Source of the DNA: a virus
Taxonomy: Duplodnaviria > Heunggongvirae > Uroviricota > Caudoviricetes
Length of the DNA stretch: 35,552 bases
IMG/VR virus record: IMGVR_UViG_2645727510_000007
Direction: 5' to 3' (one strand)
Shown: piece by piece, positions 13,880 through 23,010 of the stretch
How the letters are laid out: every line of letters starts with the position of its first letter
Position numbering within the stretch: the first letter of the stretch is position 1
The notes under the pieces: model-generated
Database searches by the model: none
Told to the model about the DNA's origin: nothing
The model's input: only the letters and a program-made list of their open reading frames with translations
Made by a program: the position numbers and the translations under genes

Positions 13880-13970
13880 AACGAGAAACCAAAACTTACA
13901 TCTTGAAATAATCACATTGATTAGATGAATATTTATCGCGCAGTGACATCATTTTTTAATAATAGTTCAA
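13880..13970 (+). promoter_or_regulatory. Putative porin promoter with OmpR-box-like sequence (ttacatcttgaaataatcac)
   Basis: AT-rich region upstream of the porin gene contains a sequence resembling OmpR-binding motifs of ompC/ompF-type promoters. By resemblance only. Confidence 0.35.
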
Positions 13971-13985
13971 AAAAAAGGGCTCACG

Positions 13986-15068
13986 ATGAAAAAATTAACA
14001 GTGGCAATTTCTGCTGTAGCTGCATCAGTACTGATGGCGATGTCTGCTCAGGCAGCTGAAATTTATAATAAAGACAGTAACAAGCTGGATCTATATGGGA
14101 AAGTTAATGCCAAGCACTACTTCTCCTCTAATGATGCAGATGATGGTGATACTACTTATGCCCGTCTTGGCTTCAAAGGTGAAACCCAAATCAACGATCA
14201 ACTGACTGGTTTCGGTCAGTGGGAATATGAATTCAAAGGCAACCGCGCTGAATCTCAAGGCTCCTCCAAAGACAAAACCCGTCTTGCATTTGCAGGCCTG
14301 AAATTCGGGGACTACGGCTCAATCGATTACGGCCGTAACTACGGTGTAGCATATGACATCGGTGCGTGGACTGACGTTCTGCCAGAATTCGGTGGCGATA
14401 CCTGGACCCAAACAGATGTGTTCATGACTGGTCGCACCACTGGTGTTGCAACTTATCGTAACAACGACTTCTTTGGTCTGGTTGATGGTCTGAACTTTGC
14501 TGCTCAGTATCAGGGTAAAAATGACCGCACTGACGTAACTGAAGCTAATGGTGATGGTTTCGGTTTCTCCACTACTTATGAGTATGAAGGATTCGGTGTA
14601 GGTGCAACCTATGCTAAATCTGACCGCACTAATAATCAGGTTATCTACGGTAACAACAGCCTGAATGCATCTGGTCAAAATGCTGAAGTATGGGCAGCTG
14701 GTCTGAAATATGATGCGAACAACATCTATCTGGCTACCACCTATTCTGAAACCCAGAACATGACTGTTTTTGGTAATAACCATATTGCCAACAAAGCACA
14801 AAACTTCGAAGTAGTTGCACAATATCAGTTCGACTTCGGTCTGCGTCCGTCCGTTGCTTACCTGCAATCTAAAGGAAAAGACTTGGGTGCGTGGGGTGAT
14901 CAGGACCTGGTTGAATATATTGATGTAGGTGCAACCTATTACTTCAACAAAAATATGTCCACTTTTGTTGATTACAAAATCAACCTGATTGATAAGAGCG
15001 ATTTCACGAAAGCATCTGGCGTTGCTACCGATGATATCGTTGCTGTAGGTATGGTTTACCAGTTCTAA
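13986..15068 (+). CDS. Outer-membrane general porin, OmpC/OmpF/PhoE family (NmpC/Lc-like prophage porin)
   Basis: 360-aa ORF with signal peptide ([23 protein letters not shown]), classic porin motifs ([17 protein letters not shown]..., C-terminal ...VAVGMVYQF). Sits between Q and the lysis genes like nmpC in DLP12 and lc in PA-2. Confidence 0.9.
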   Translation: MKKLTVAISAVAASVLMAMSAQAAEIYNKDSNKLDLYGKVNAKHYFSSNDADDGDTTYARLGFKGETQINDQLTGFGQWEYEFKGNRAESQGSSKDKTRLAFAGLKFGDYGSIDYGRNYGVAYDIGAWTDVLPEFGGDTWTQTDVFMTGRTTGVATYRNNDFFGLVDGLNFAAQYQGKNDRTDVTEANGDGFGFSTTYEYEGFGVGATYAKSDRTNNQVIYGNNSLNASGQNAEVWAAGLKYDANNIYLATTYSETQNMTVFGNNHIANKAQNFEVVAQYQFDFGLRPSVAYLQSKGKDLGAWGDQDLVEYIDVGATYYFNKNMSTFVDYKINLIDKSDFTKASGVATDDIVAVGMVYQF

Positions 15069-15092
15069 TTTGATTACTAAAAGATATGTTGC

Positions 15093-15139
15093 GGGAGGCT
15101 TTGCCTCCCCAACATATAAGTGGCTCCCTCAAGCCACTT
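15093..15139 (+). terminator. Two tandem hairpins downstream of the porin gene
   Basis: gggaggc-ttt-gcctccc (15093..15109) and aagtggct-ccctca-agccactt (15118..15139); no strong U-run, so function is uncertain. Confidence 0.4.
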
Positions 15140-15205
15140 CCTTTAGGAGCACAACCTTGCTTCTAACTATATAAACCTTCTGTTATATATTACCCTTTAT
15201 TTTTG

Positions 15206-15235
15206 GGGGCGTTGCAACGCCCCATTTTTAATAAT
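15206..15235 (+). terminator. Rho-independent terminator (perfect palindrome plus T-rich tract)
   Basis: ggggcgttg/caacgcccc perfect 18-bp palindrome followed by attttta ataattttta on the plus strand. Confidence 0.55.
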
Positions 15236-15256
15236 TTTTAGTAAACAATTGGCATA

Positions 15257-15655
15257 TTAATTAGAGTTATTAACAACGATATCCATCTCTAACCGGATAT
15301 CTAATGCCATTAACATCCCTTCAATTATGCCCTCAGCCTTCTGTAACCTTTTCCCGATATAACCATCAGAGCAGCAATGCTTACCTGCCAGTGACATGAA
15401 TGTCATACCGACTACATAATAATCTACTAATAAATCGTGCAAATCGCTGTTGTTCTTTTTCAGACGGGCCATGCACCCGCAAATAATCATCGCGTCATCG
15501 TCACAACATTGCGGGCGAGATTTTACTTTTGAAGTAATTAATCCCTTAAAACCGGCGGCAATGGACGACCAGGTCACATCTTCATGATTATTAGCCGCCC
15601 ACGCTCCCCAACGCTCAAGAACCATCTGAATATCACGCATCAACTTACTCCACAA
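15257..15655 (-). CDS. Q: Late-gene antiterminator Q (QuuD-like family)
   Basis: 132-aa ORF with Cys-rich putative zinc motif ([12 protein letters not shown] ... HCCSDG); immediately after rusA/ylcG and before the lysis region; resembles DLP12 QuuD. Confidence 0.75.
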   Translation of the reverse strand: MWSKLMRDIQMVLERWGAWAANNHEDVTWSSIAAGFKGLITSKVKSRPQCCDDDAMIICGCMARLKKNNSDLHDLLVDYYVVGMTFMSLAGKHCCSDGYIGKRLQKAEGIIEGMLMALDIRLEMDIVVNNSN

Positions 15656-15725
15656 AAATCAGACCAGAACGCCAATTACAAGCAAAAATCAACAAAACAG
15701 TATTAGTTGATTGTTATCTCTGACT

Positions 15726-15866
15726 TCATACTCCTGCTCCTGTCAGGGTTTTGGCGTAATTCTTCAGTATTCGGTAATCGGTCAAAACAGAACCGGGGAA
15801 ACGATATAAGCGCAGATGCCCCCAGCGGTGGCGAAGAAGTTCTGCCATATAAAACTCAAACATCAT
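15726..15866 (-). CDS. Small protein YlcG-like (46 aa)
   Basis: ATG overlaps the rusA stop (ATGA); encodes [46 protein letters not shown]; same position as ylcG in DLP12. Below the ORF-track length cutoff; read manually. Confidence 0.5.
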   Translation of the reverse strand: MMFEFYMAELLRHRWGHLRLYRFPGSVLTDYRILKNYAKTLTGAGV

Positions 15867-16225
15867 TCATTCCCCATTTCGGTGATGGTCAGTTCCAGCC
15901 TCCCACCTTTGGTAACAGGCATCTTCACAACGCGGTAATCAACGACCTGAGCATCATCCAGCCAGAAACCTGCTTTGGTGAGTGCGTCAAAAGCGGCTTT
16001 TTGCAGATTATCCAGGTCACGGCGACGGCGATCCGGCATGTGGCACTCAATGCGGATTTTCACAGGCATAGCCAGGCCGATATCCAGCATTGCGTTTTTA
16101 ATGATTCGGGCGACGTTATCGCGGTATGCCTGCCCCTCTGCACTGACGTGCGTGCGCCCGCGATTATGGCGGTAATAGCGATTATTGCTCGGAGGCCAGG
16201 GTAATGTGATACTGTAGGTATTCAC
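15863..16225 (-). CDS. rusA: Holliday junction resolvase RusA
   Basis: 120-aa ORF ([36 protein letters not shown]...) matching the RusA family in length and motifs. Confidence 0.9.
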   Translation of the reverse strand: MNTYSITLPWPPSNNRYYRHNRGRTHVSAEGQAYRDNVARIIKNAMLDIGLAMPVKIRIECHMPDRRRRDLDNLQKAAFDALTKAGFWLDDAQVVDYRVVKMPVTKGGRLELTITEMGNE

Positions 16226-16512
16226 GCCTTAATAACCCCCTCTTTCAGCCAGATAACCTGTGTTCTCGCCATACCTTCCAGCGCGCATTCTTTTGCATAT
16301 GCAGCATCGACAAAATGTGTGCGGCGGTCGATTTCGTCGTGGCAGGCAGAACATGCAATGGTGGCAATCAGGTCTGGCGGTTTGATACCGGTACCGCACA
16401 ATCCAGCCAGCCGGATATGTGCCAGTACAGACGTTTCAGAATTGCCATTACATACGCCAGGGATTCTTACCTGGCATTCCCGACCACGCGCTGCTTTTCT
16501 CAAATCAGCCAT
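16222..16512 (-). CDS. YbcO-like protein (DUF1364, putative Zn-dependent nuclease)
   Basis: From the SD-preceded ATG at 16512: [37 protein letters not shown]...[11 protein letters not shown], about 96 aa, Cys/His-rich; directly upstream of rusA as in DLP12. Confidence 0.7.
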   Translation of the reverse strand: MADLRKAARGRECQVRIPGVCNGNSETSVLAHIRLAGLCGTGIKPPDLIATIACSACHDEIDRRTHFVDAAYAKECALEGMARTQVIWLKEGVIKA

Positions 16513-16675
16513 GATTCCTCCTTGCTGCCAGTCGCAACCATTTTTTATCAACCAGGCTAGCGGTATATCCGAGCAGTGTTGGTATTTCGGATGGCTTCAG
16601 CTCAGGCTTACGCTTACGACGATTTGATACTCTGTAGATGTGTCCGTTCATGACACGAATAAGCGGTGTAGCCAT
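16505..16675 (-). CDS. ninE: NinE-like protein
   Basis: 56-aa ORF ([56 protein letters not shown]) overlapping the YbcN stop and YbcO start; C-terminal W-L-R motif resembles lambda NinE. Below ORF-track cutoff; read manually. Confidence 0.5.
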   Translation of the reverse strand: MATPLIRVMNGHIYRVSNRRKRKPELKPSEIPTLLGYTASLVDKKWLRLAARRNHG

Positions 16676-17130
16676 TACGCCTCCTGCTTGTCGCGGAGCA
16701 GCTGGAACTCGCAGCTCTGCGGAATAGTCAGGTGGCAGCCAATATTCACCGCCCAGGCTTCAACCTTACACAGGAAGACATACATCTCTCCGGTATCAAG
16801 ATCGGAGGTATGGCGTAACGACTGGATAGTGGTGATATCACCGGTTACGACATCAACCAGGTCTTTGGTTTCATAACCGAGATATGTGTGTTTGAGAGCA
16901 TCTTTTACCCAAGCTGGAGTGGCGAACGTTTTACCCCTGCTGATGAGGTATTCACTGATTTCGCTGTACCACATGTGGCTGAGTGCATTCTGGGAAAGAC
17001 TGCGTCTCTCGCGCCACGGTTTAAGCACCATGCGAAAGCATTTTCCGTCCTCCAGATAAGGCTGGATCTGCTGACCGATAGCGGTGAAGTTACCGCGATG
17101 CAATTTGATACCGTCTTGTGGGAGGTTCAC
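16675..17130 (-). CDS. NinB/Orf-family recombination mediator (YbcN-like)
   Basis: 151-aa ORF with the R-x-RSL-x-QN motif shared with lambda NinB (Orf); first gene of the nin block. Confidence 0.7.
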
Positions 17131-17555
17131 GCTTCACCTCCGCAGAGGTCAAACGCTAGATGCAAAGAATTGCAGGTGCATTTCTGCATCTGTGAAGGGA
17201 GAAGAGAGTTTGGATTGTATGTGCGCATAAACGTCCCCGTTTAGCGCAACCCCACCACCGGGTGTTCAGGCCGACAGTAACTATATTATTCCCTACTGAT
17301 TTTTGAAAATCAAAGGTCTTTATACGTCACACGAGAGCAAATATTTCCGAAGAAAAAACCTTTCGCCTTGAAAGGATAAAGAGTTCATTTCATAAATTGA
17401 AATATTAAACAAGAATATTGCAAAAAATGAAATTATTTACTAGAGAGTCTATCTAACTGATAATTATGAAGATTGTAAGCGGTGGCAATCACCCGCATAC
17501 ACATTGAACAGGATTTAATAAAAACGTCTTAAATTGTCCGTAAGGAATAGCACGA

Positions 17556-19058
17556 ATGACTCAAACTCCACTATTACTTGCAATCATATTTTTATTGGTT
17601 GTTCTTGTTCTTTATATAGCTGCAATCAAACGCATCAAAAAAATACAATTAGAATTAAGTGATAGCAATCAAAAAAATGAAGAATACAAATCTCGCTTTG
17701 CAGATTATTTTAATGTAGAAGAAGAATGTAAGAAGCTTATTGAGAAAACAGAGCAAGAATGCTCCATAATAAAAGAAGAATCCCAAAAAGTAAAAGAAAA
17801 TGCCAATAATGAACTAACAAACACCATTGAAAAAATGGATGGTATCAATAAACAAATCCAAGAGCTAAGAAGAACTTATAAAGAGAAGAAAGAAATATAT
17901 GATAAACTAGTAAGGCAAATTTCTATTTATTCAGAAGATGTTGAGCTAGCCGAGCTAGGATTTTACGAACCTCATTTTAATTTTGAAGATTCAGAGCAAT
18001 TTAAAAACAAAATAAAATCCATCAGGGATGAACAGAAATTAATGCTGCGGGATAAAACCCACTCTGGCGCAGTATATTGTACAACCCAATGGACTGTTGA
18101 AGGCTCTCGAGCAGAGGGTAAAAAAATGACAGACAGAAATATCAGGTTAACTACTAGAGCATTTAATAATGAATGTGATGCTGCAATTAGCAATTGCACG
18201 TGGAAAAATATCACTAAAATGGAAGAACGCATCACAAAGGCATTTGAGGCCATAAATAAACTAAACGAGCAAAATCACATATATATAAACACTAAATACC
18301 TCAATAAAAAACTTGAGGAATTGTGGCTTACCCATGAATATCGTGAGCAAAAACAGAAAGAAAAAGAAGAACAGGCAGAAATAAGGGCACAAATGAGAGA
18401 GGAGGAGCGTGCACAACGAGAAATAGAAAAGGCCATGCAAGACGCAGAGGCAGAAGAGCGCCGTTATAAAAAAGCAATTGAAGCTGCAAGAAAGGAAATG
18501 GAAAAAGTTACTGGTGACATGAAGCAGCGCCTCGAAAATCGCATTGCCGAACTAGAACAGAGTTTGTCGCAGGCTGAATCAAAGCATCAAAGAGCATTAT
18601 CCATGGCACAACAAACCAAACAAGGTCATGTTTATATTATTTCGAACATAGGTTCTTTTGGGGAGAATGTTTATAAAATAGGCATGACACGACGTCTTGA
18701 TCCGCAAGACCGTGTAAATGAGCTCGGTGATGCATCTGTTCCATTTATTTTTGATGTGCATGCTATGATTTATTCGGAGGACGCTCCATCATTAGAAAAA
18801 AAACTACATGATGTCTTCGATAAAAAGAGAGTCAATCTTGTAAATCGTAGAAAAGAGTTTTTCTATGTTACTCTGGATGAGATCAAAGAAGCTCTTAAAA
18901 AACACTCTGATTCAGAAATTGAATTTATTGAGACAGCAGTCGCAAAAGACTTTAATGAGTCATTGGCTATTCGTAATCATGAAAATAAAAAAAGTGACAA
19001 CAACAACTCATCAATTATACCTGAGCGAAAAACCCCAGAGTTTGCAGATGCAATTTAA
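17556..19058 (+). CDS. Membrane-anchored coiled-coil protein with C-terminal GIY-YIG-like (T5orf172-type) domain; DUF4041-like middle region; candidate defence or exclusion moron
   Basis: 500-aa ORF, strongly AT-rich and Lys/Glu/Asn-rich, on the strand opposite the flanking early-right operon. N-terminal TM helix (LLLAIIFLLVVLVLYIAAI), long heptad-rich K/E segments, C-terminal GHVYIISN...VYKIGMT...RVNELG motif. Domain names are from memory, not searched. Confidence 0.8.
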   Translation: MTQTPLLLAIIFLLVVLVLYIAAIKRIKKIQLELSDSNQKNEEYKSRFADYFNVEEECKKLIEKTEQECSIIKEESQKVKENANNELTNTIEKMDGINKQIQELRRTYKEKKEIYDKLVRQISIYSEDVELAELGFYEPHFNFEDSEQFKNKIKSIRDEQKLMLRDKTHSGAVYCTTQWTVEGSRAEGKKMTDRNIRLTTRAFNNECDAAISNCTWKNITKMEERITKAFEAINKLNEQNHIYINTKYLNKKLEELWLTHEYREQKQKEKEEQAEIRAQMREEERAQREIEKAMQDAEAEERRYKKAIEAARKEMEKVTGDMKQRLENRIAELEQSLSQAESKHQRALSMAQQTKQGHVYIISNIGSFGENVYKIGMTRRLDPQDRVNELGDASVPFIFDVHAMIYSEDAPSLEKKLHDVFDKKRVNLVNRRKEFFYVTLDEIKEALKKHSDSEIEFIETAVAKDFNESLAIRNHENKKSDNNNSSIIPERKTPEFADAI

Positions 19059-19306
19059 TTAATTTGTAGTGGCAATAAAGCAGGCATCGTTGAGAATATT
19101 TTGTCAGCGATGCTTACTTCTCTAACAAAAACGGTGATTACCAACGAACTAACGGACATCAGGTAATCATAAGACAAATGGAACGACTCTCCGGTGATTA
19201 GATCCCTGCAATAACAGTAATTTTCTACTAACTGAAAAATCTTTAACTGCCGCTCCTATTTCTAAGCTGACTGCTAGATTACATGGTGTGTTACCGATGA
19301 AAACCG

Positions 19307-19609
19307 TCACAGCAAGTTTAAGTTCATATCTCCATACACTGCCAACACTCGTTTCATCGCGGCACTCTGGCGACACTCCTTGAAAATCAGATTCGTGCTC
19401 ACCTTTCCTTCCCGTTCTTCCCTGGTAGCGAAGCGGTAATACACCGTTCGCCAGACCTTACCATCAATGACTAAGATTCCTGCCCGTGCCATTTTAACCG
19501 CAGCCTGATTTATACTGGTTACTGTTGCGCCTGTTACCGCAGCAACGTCCTGCGCACAGAAGCTCTTATGCGTCCCCAGGTAATGAATAATTGCCTCTTT
19601 GCCCGTCAT
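19307..19609 (-). CDS. ren: Ren protein (Rex-exclusion resistance) with divergent C-terminus
   Basis: MTGKEAIIHYLGTHKSFCAQDVAAVTGATVTSINQAAVKMARAG... is near-identical to lambda Ren for about 90 residues, then diverges (…AVYGDMNLNLL), marking a recombination junction near 19310-19330. Confidence 0.85.
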   Translation of the reverse strand: MTGKEAIIHYLGTHKSFCAQDVAAVTGATVTSINQAAVKMARAGILVIDGKVWRTVYYRFATREEREGKVSTNLIFKECRQSAAMKRVLAVYGDMNLNLL

Positions 19610-20307
19610 ACACTTGCTCCTTTCAGTCCGAACTTAGCTTTGATTTCTGCGATCTTCGCCAAAGCCTGTGCACGATTTAGAGGTCTACCGCCCATGACAG
19701 GAAGTTGTTTTACTGGTTCAGGTATCGCCTCACCACGGTTAATTCGCGCGGTCATACAGGTCAGCTCATCGGCAGCCTTACGCCGTAATTCCGCGTCAGT
19801 CAGCGCATTGGCCCGCATGTTCTGGTACAGGTTGGTAACCAGCCAGTAGTGCGCGTTTGATTTCCACGGATAAGACTCTGCATCCGGATACAGTCCACGC
19901 TTCCGGCAATACTCGTAAACCATATCAACCAGCTCGCTGGCGTTTGGCAGTCCGGCAATAACGGATGCTTCTTCACGGCACCAGGCAACAAACTGCCCGG
20001 GTGATGGCAGGAATGGTCGATTCTGCCGACGGGCTACGCGCATTCCAGCGTTAACCTGTTCCATCGTGGTGATCCCATTTTCCCGAAAAGCCAGAACCCA
20101 CTGGCGGCGGATTTCGTTCAGTTCATTCTGGTCACGGTTAGCCAGGCTCGCCGGGAAAGTTGCCAGTAACTGGCTGAACACACCGTTGATGATCTGCGCT
20201 ACCTGCTGTACCTGTGGCTTTTCGTCGTACTGTTCCGGCATGTTGTTGGCGATCCGACGCATCTGCTCACGGTCAAAGTTAACCATCTGTGCGGCGATGT
20301 TTTTCAT
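19606..20307 (-). CDS. P: Replication protein P (DnaB helicase loader)
   Basis: 233-aa ORF essentially identical in length and sequence to lambda P. Confidence 0.95.
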   Translation of the reverse strand: MKNIAAQMVNFDREQMRRIANNMPEQYDEKPQVQQVAQIINGVFSQLLATFPASLANRDQNELNEIRRQWVLAFRENGITTMEQVNAGMRVARRQNRPFLPSPGQFVAWCREEASVIAGLPNASELVDMVYEYCRKRGLYPDAESYPWKSNAHYWLVTNLYQNMRANALTDAELRRKAADELTCMTARINRGEAIPEPVKQLPVMGGRPLNRAQALAKIAEIKAKFGLKGASV

Positions 20308-21233
20308 AAATCCACCCCGTAAATCCAGTCAGTGTTTGTCAGGTCGAGTTTTGGTTTGCTGGCTATCATGCCTGCCTGTTGCTTGTTACGGTTGATTTCG
20401 AGCTGGGTCCACTTGTCGCGGAGTTTGGCCGGACTCAGCACGTTACCGGACCAGAAGTTGTCCTGGCATGCCCAGCGGAACAGTACACACATGTCGCGGT
20501 GGTTACGTCCGTCACGTTCACGCATCAGGCGGATATCGTTAGCCCACCCTGCAAAATTCGGTTTTCTGGCTGATGGCGCAATGGTCTTCACCATGTCAAA
20601 CATCCACTCTGCGGCGGTCAGGTCTTCTGCTGTCCCCCACTTGCTGCCGCTCTGAATTGCAGCATCCGGTTTCACCACAGGAAGATCGTTTTCTGGCTGG
20701 TCAGAGGATTCGACAGAATTCTCGGACGAAAAAGGTTTTATATTGTCTTTTGTTAGTTTGTCTTTTGTATTTACCTGATTCGGGTAAACGTCTTTACCTG
20801 ATTTGGGTAAAATTTTCTTACCTGATTCAGGTAAATTTACCTCTTTCAGGTAAACTTTATTTTTCTTACCTGATTCGGGTAATGTTAACCATTCACTGAT
20901 CACATTATTAATGCCGGTATTCCGCCCGCTCTGAATAAAAATCCCACGCTTTACCAGAACACTTTTTGCAGCAGAACACTTGTGCGGCAATATCCCGGTC
21001 AACTCGGAAAGTTGCTCGTTGCTCACCCAATCCAGTTTTTTATTAAAGCCATATGTTTTACGCATGACAGCCAGGAAGACCAGAAGCTGGTGCTGTGTTA
21101 ATCCGGCCAGCATTACAGCTTCCAGCAACTCATTTGCAATGCGCGTATAACCATCATCGAGATCTGCCACGCGCGGCTCCTTTTGTGCCACATCCGGCAC
21201 TGGAAAATTGAATATCTCAGCAGTGTTTGCCAT
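20304..21233 (-). CDS. O: Replication initiator O
   Basis: ORF 20304..21314; SD-preceded ATG at 21233 gives MANTAEIFNFPVPDVAQKEPRVADLDDGY..., lambda O-like; iteron-encoded repeats (LPESGKK) inside; C-terminus ...NTDWIYGVDL. Confidence 0.9.
   Translation of the reverse strand: MANTAEIFNFPVPDVAQKEPRVADLDDGYTRIANELLEAVMLAGLTQHQLLVFLAVMRKTYGFNKKLDWVSNEQLSELTGILPHKCSAAKSVLVKRGIFIQSGRNTGINNVISEWLTLPESGKKNKVYLKEVNLPESGKKILPKSGKDVYPNQVNTKDKLTKDNIKPFSSENSVESSDQPENDLPVVKPDAAIQSGSKWGTAEDLTAAEWMFDMVKTIAPSARKPNFAGWANDIRLMRERDGRNHRDMCVLFRWACQDNFWSGNVLSPAKLRDKWTQLEINRNKQQAGMIASKPKLDLTNTDWIYGVDL
20771..20883. repeat. ori: Origin of replication iterons inside O (five copies of about 18-bp ttacctgattcgggtaaa-like inverted-repeat units)
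   Basis: Five direct repeats at about 23-bp spacing, each itself palindromic (TTACC...GGTAA), as in lambda ori. Confidence 0.8.
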
Positions 21234-21310
21234 AATTCCTCCCGCAATGAGTGTTGCACCTGAAAGTCGGTTCTGTTCGCGCAGACCGGCTTTCGCCATT
21301 TCTGAACCTG

Positions 21311-21850
21311 TCATATTGCCCCCAGCATGGTGGTGACCATCGCCATCAGTGGACCAGCCAGATCCGGGTCCACACGAAACATCGACACAATGCCTTCACT
21401 CATCTCCTTCAGTTTCTGGTGGCGTGGTGCGTTGAGAATGACAGCCTGTTTTGCCTCACTGAGTTCCTTTTCCATTTCAGCCAGCCGAGCCATGTAGCTA
21501 TCCTGCTCAACCAGGTGGCCGCGATATTCCAGCGGTAGTACCGCCAGAATTGCCGGGGTCAGTTCACGCACGTTATTTCGGTATTTTTCAGAATCGAATT
21601 TGTTATCGAGGAAGCGGAACAGCTTCTGGCGTGCACGGCTGACATCATCAGGGAAATCGATGGTGCCGCCGCCCTGCTCCCGATACTCATTCACAATGAG
21701 TGTGGCAACGACATCCTGATTATCTTCAGCCGACCAGGCGCGGACGGCATCACGGATTTTTTCGTGGCCTGGCACCTGTTTTGTTTGAGAACGATTTATC
21801 ACCGCAGTCGGGCTAAATCCGCTAGTCTGTTGGTATGTAAGTTGTTGCAT
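21311..21850 (-). CDS. cII-position regulatory protein, YdaT-like (putative)
   Basis: 179-aa ORF with strong SD (aaggag) between cro-like and O; contains NEYREQGGG motif recalled from YdaT-family proteins. Family assignment is by memory only. Confidence 0.45.
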   Translation of the reverse strand: MQQLTYQQTSGFSPTAVINRSQTKQVPGHEKIRDAVRAWSAEDNQDVVATLIVNEYREQGGGTIDFPDDVSRARQKLFRFLDNKFDSEKYRNNVRELTPAILAVLPLEYRGHLVEQDSYMARLAEMEKELSEAKQAVILNAPRHQKLKEMSEGIVSMFRVDPDLAGPLMAMVTTMLGAI

Positions 21851-21919
21851 AATTGACTCCTTTAGTTTGAATTGACTGCTAAGTTGATTGCTTATTGTTA
21901 AAGAGCGTGAAATGGAAAT

Positions 21920-22150
21920 TTAAGCTGCGTTCTTTTCGGTATGTGGAAACAACTTCGGAAGATCCGGGCGAATCTGGTATGCCTTCACTATTCCACCAGT
22001 AGCCGTAACAATGCTGCCGACATGTTCAGGGGATACCTTTGCTTTGTTGTGAAGCCACTTATAGACGGCCTGCTGTGAAACTTCGCAGGCAGCGCCCAGT
22101 TTCTTTTGTGAACCAACGATATTGATCGCTGTTTTGATAGCTGGGTTCAT
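21920..22150 (-). CDS. cro: Cro-like HTH repressor (YdaS/DUF1019-type)
   Basis: 76-aa ORF divergent from cI across an operator region; HTH-like segment (QKKLGAACEVSQQAVYKWL). Confidence 0.75.
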   Translation of the reverse strand: MNPAIKTAINIVGSQKKLGAACEVSQQAVYKWLHNKAKVSPEHVGSIVTATGGIVKAYQIRPDLPKLFPHTEKNAA

Positions 22151-22254
22151 AACAACCTCCGTGGTTAATTTGAATCAAGATTAAAACTATGGTTGTTTTT
22201 AGCCAACAACCATTTTCGTTTGATGAAATAAAACCTTGGTTGTACATTTGGACT
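22151..22254. promoter_or_regulatory. Divergent immunity promoters and right operator (pR/pRM, OR)
   Basis: Intergenic region between cro-like and cI with a 9-bp perfect inverted repeat atggttgtt/aacaaccat (22189..22213) and two more AACAACC-like half-sites (22205-22225, 22236-22250). Confidence 0.65.
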
Positions 22255-22944
22255 ATGAAAACAACACTCTCAGAAAGACTTAAAGAAGCCAGATTAGCGC
22301 GAGGCCTTACACAAAAGGCGCTTGGGGATTTGGTCGGGGTTAGCCAAGCTGCTATTCAGAAAATCGAAACAGGGAAAGCTAACCAAACAACTAAAATCGT
22401 GGAGATCGCGAACGCTTTGGGTGTGCGCGCAGAATGGTTATCTTCTGGCGTTGGAAATATGTCAGACAGTACAGTGCAACCAATACAATCAACTGTCAGC
22501 CATTCCAAATACTTTAAGATTGACGTTCTTGATATAGAAGTGAGTGCCGGGCCGGGAGTCATCAACCGTGAGTTTGTAGAAGTTCTACGCTCGGTTGAGT
22601 ACTCGTTTGACGATGCTCGTCACATGTTCGATGGTAGGAAGGCAGAAAATATCCGCATCATTAACGTGCGTGGTGACAGCATGTCAGGAACGATCGAACC
22701 AGGTGATCTGCTGTTCGTTGATATCACGGTTAAATCTTTCGACGGTGATGGCATCTATGCGTTTCTGTACGACGACACCGCCCATGTAAAGCGCCTGCAA
22801 ATGATGAAGGATAAGCTGCTGGTTATCTCTGATAACAAGAGCTACTCACCGTGGGACCCGATCGAGAAAGACGAGATGAACCGGGTGTTCATCTTCGGTA
22901 AGGTTATTGGGAGCATGCCCCAGACGTACAGGAAACATGGATAA
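22255..22944 (+). CDS. cI: CI-type repressor (HTH_XRE N-terminal domain, LexA-like S24 self-cleaving C-terminal domain)
   Basis: From the Met at 22255: MKTTLSERLKEARLARGLTQKALGDLVGVSQAAIQKIETGK... (HTH); C-terminal domain has the catalytic Ser context (VRGDSMSGTIEPGDLLFVD) and Lys (HVKRL). Confidence 0.9.
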   Translation: MKTTLSERLKEARLARGLTQKALGDLVGVSQAAIQKIETGKANQTTKIVEIANALGVRAEWLSSGVGNMSDSTVQPIQSTVSHSKYFKIDVLDIEVSAGPGVINREFVEVLRSVEYSFDDARHMFDGRKAENIRIINVRGDSMSGTIEPGDLLFVDITVKSFDGDGIYAFLYDDTAHVKRLQMMKDKLLVISDNKSYSPWDPIEKDEMNRVFIFGKVIGSMPQTYRKHG

Positions 22945-23010
22945 TCAGTACTGTGCTGATGAGTCGTTTAGGGGATAGTAAATTTAATTAGAATTAGACG
23001 AGAGCGATTT

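Noticed and set aside
19167-19376. 69-aa minus-strand ORF downstream of ren
   Set aside because: Overlaps the ren 3' end in another frame, no SD, and lies in the junction region.
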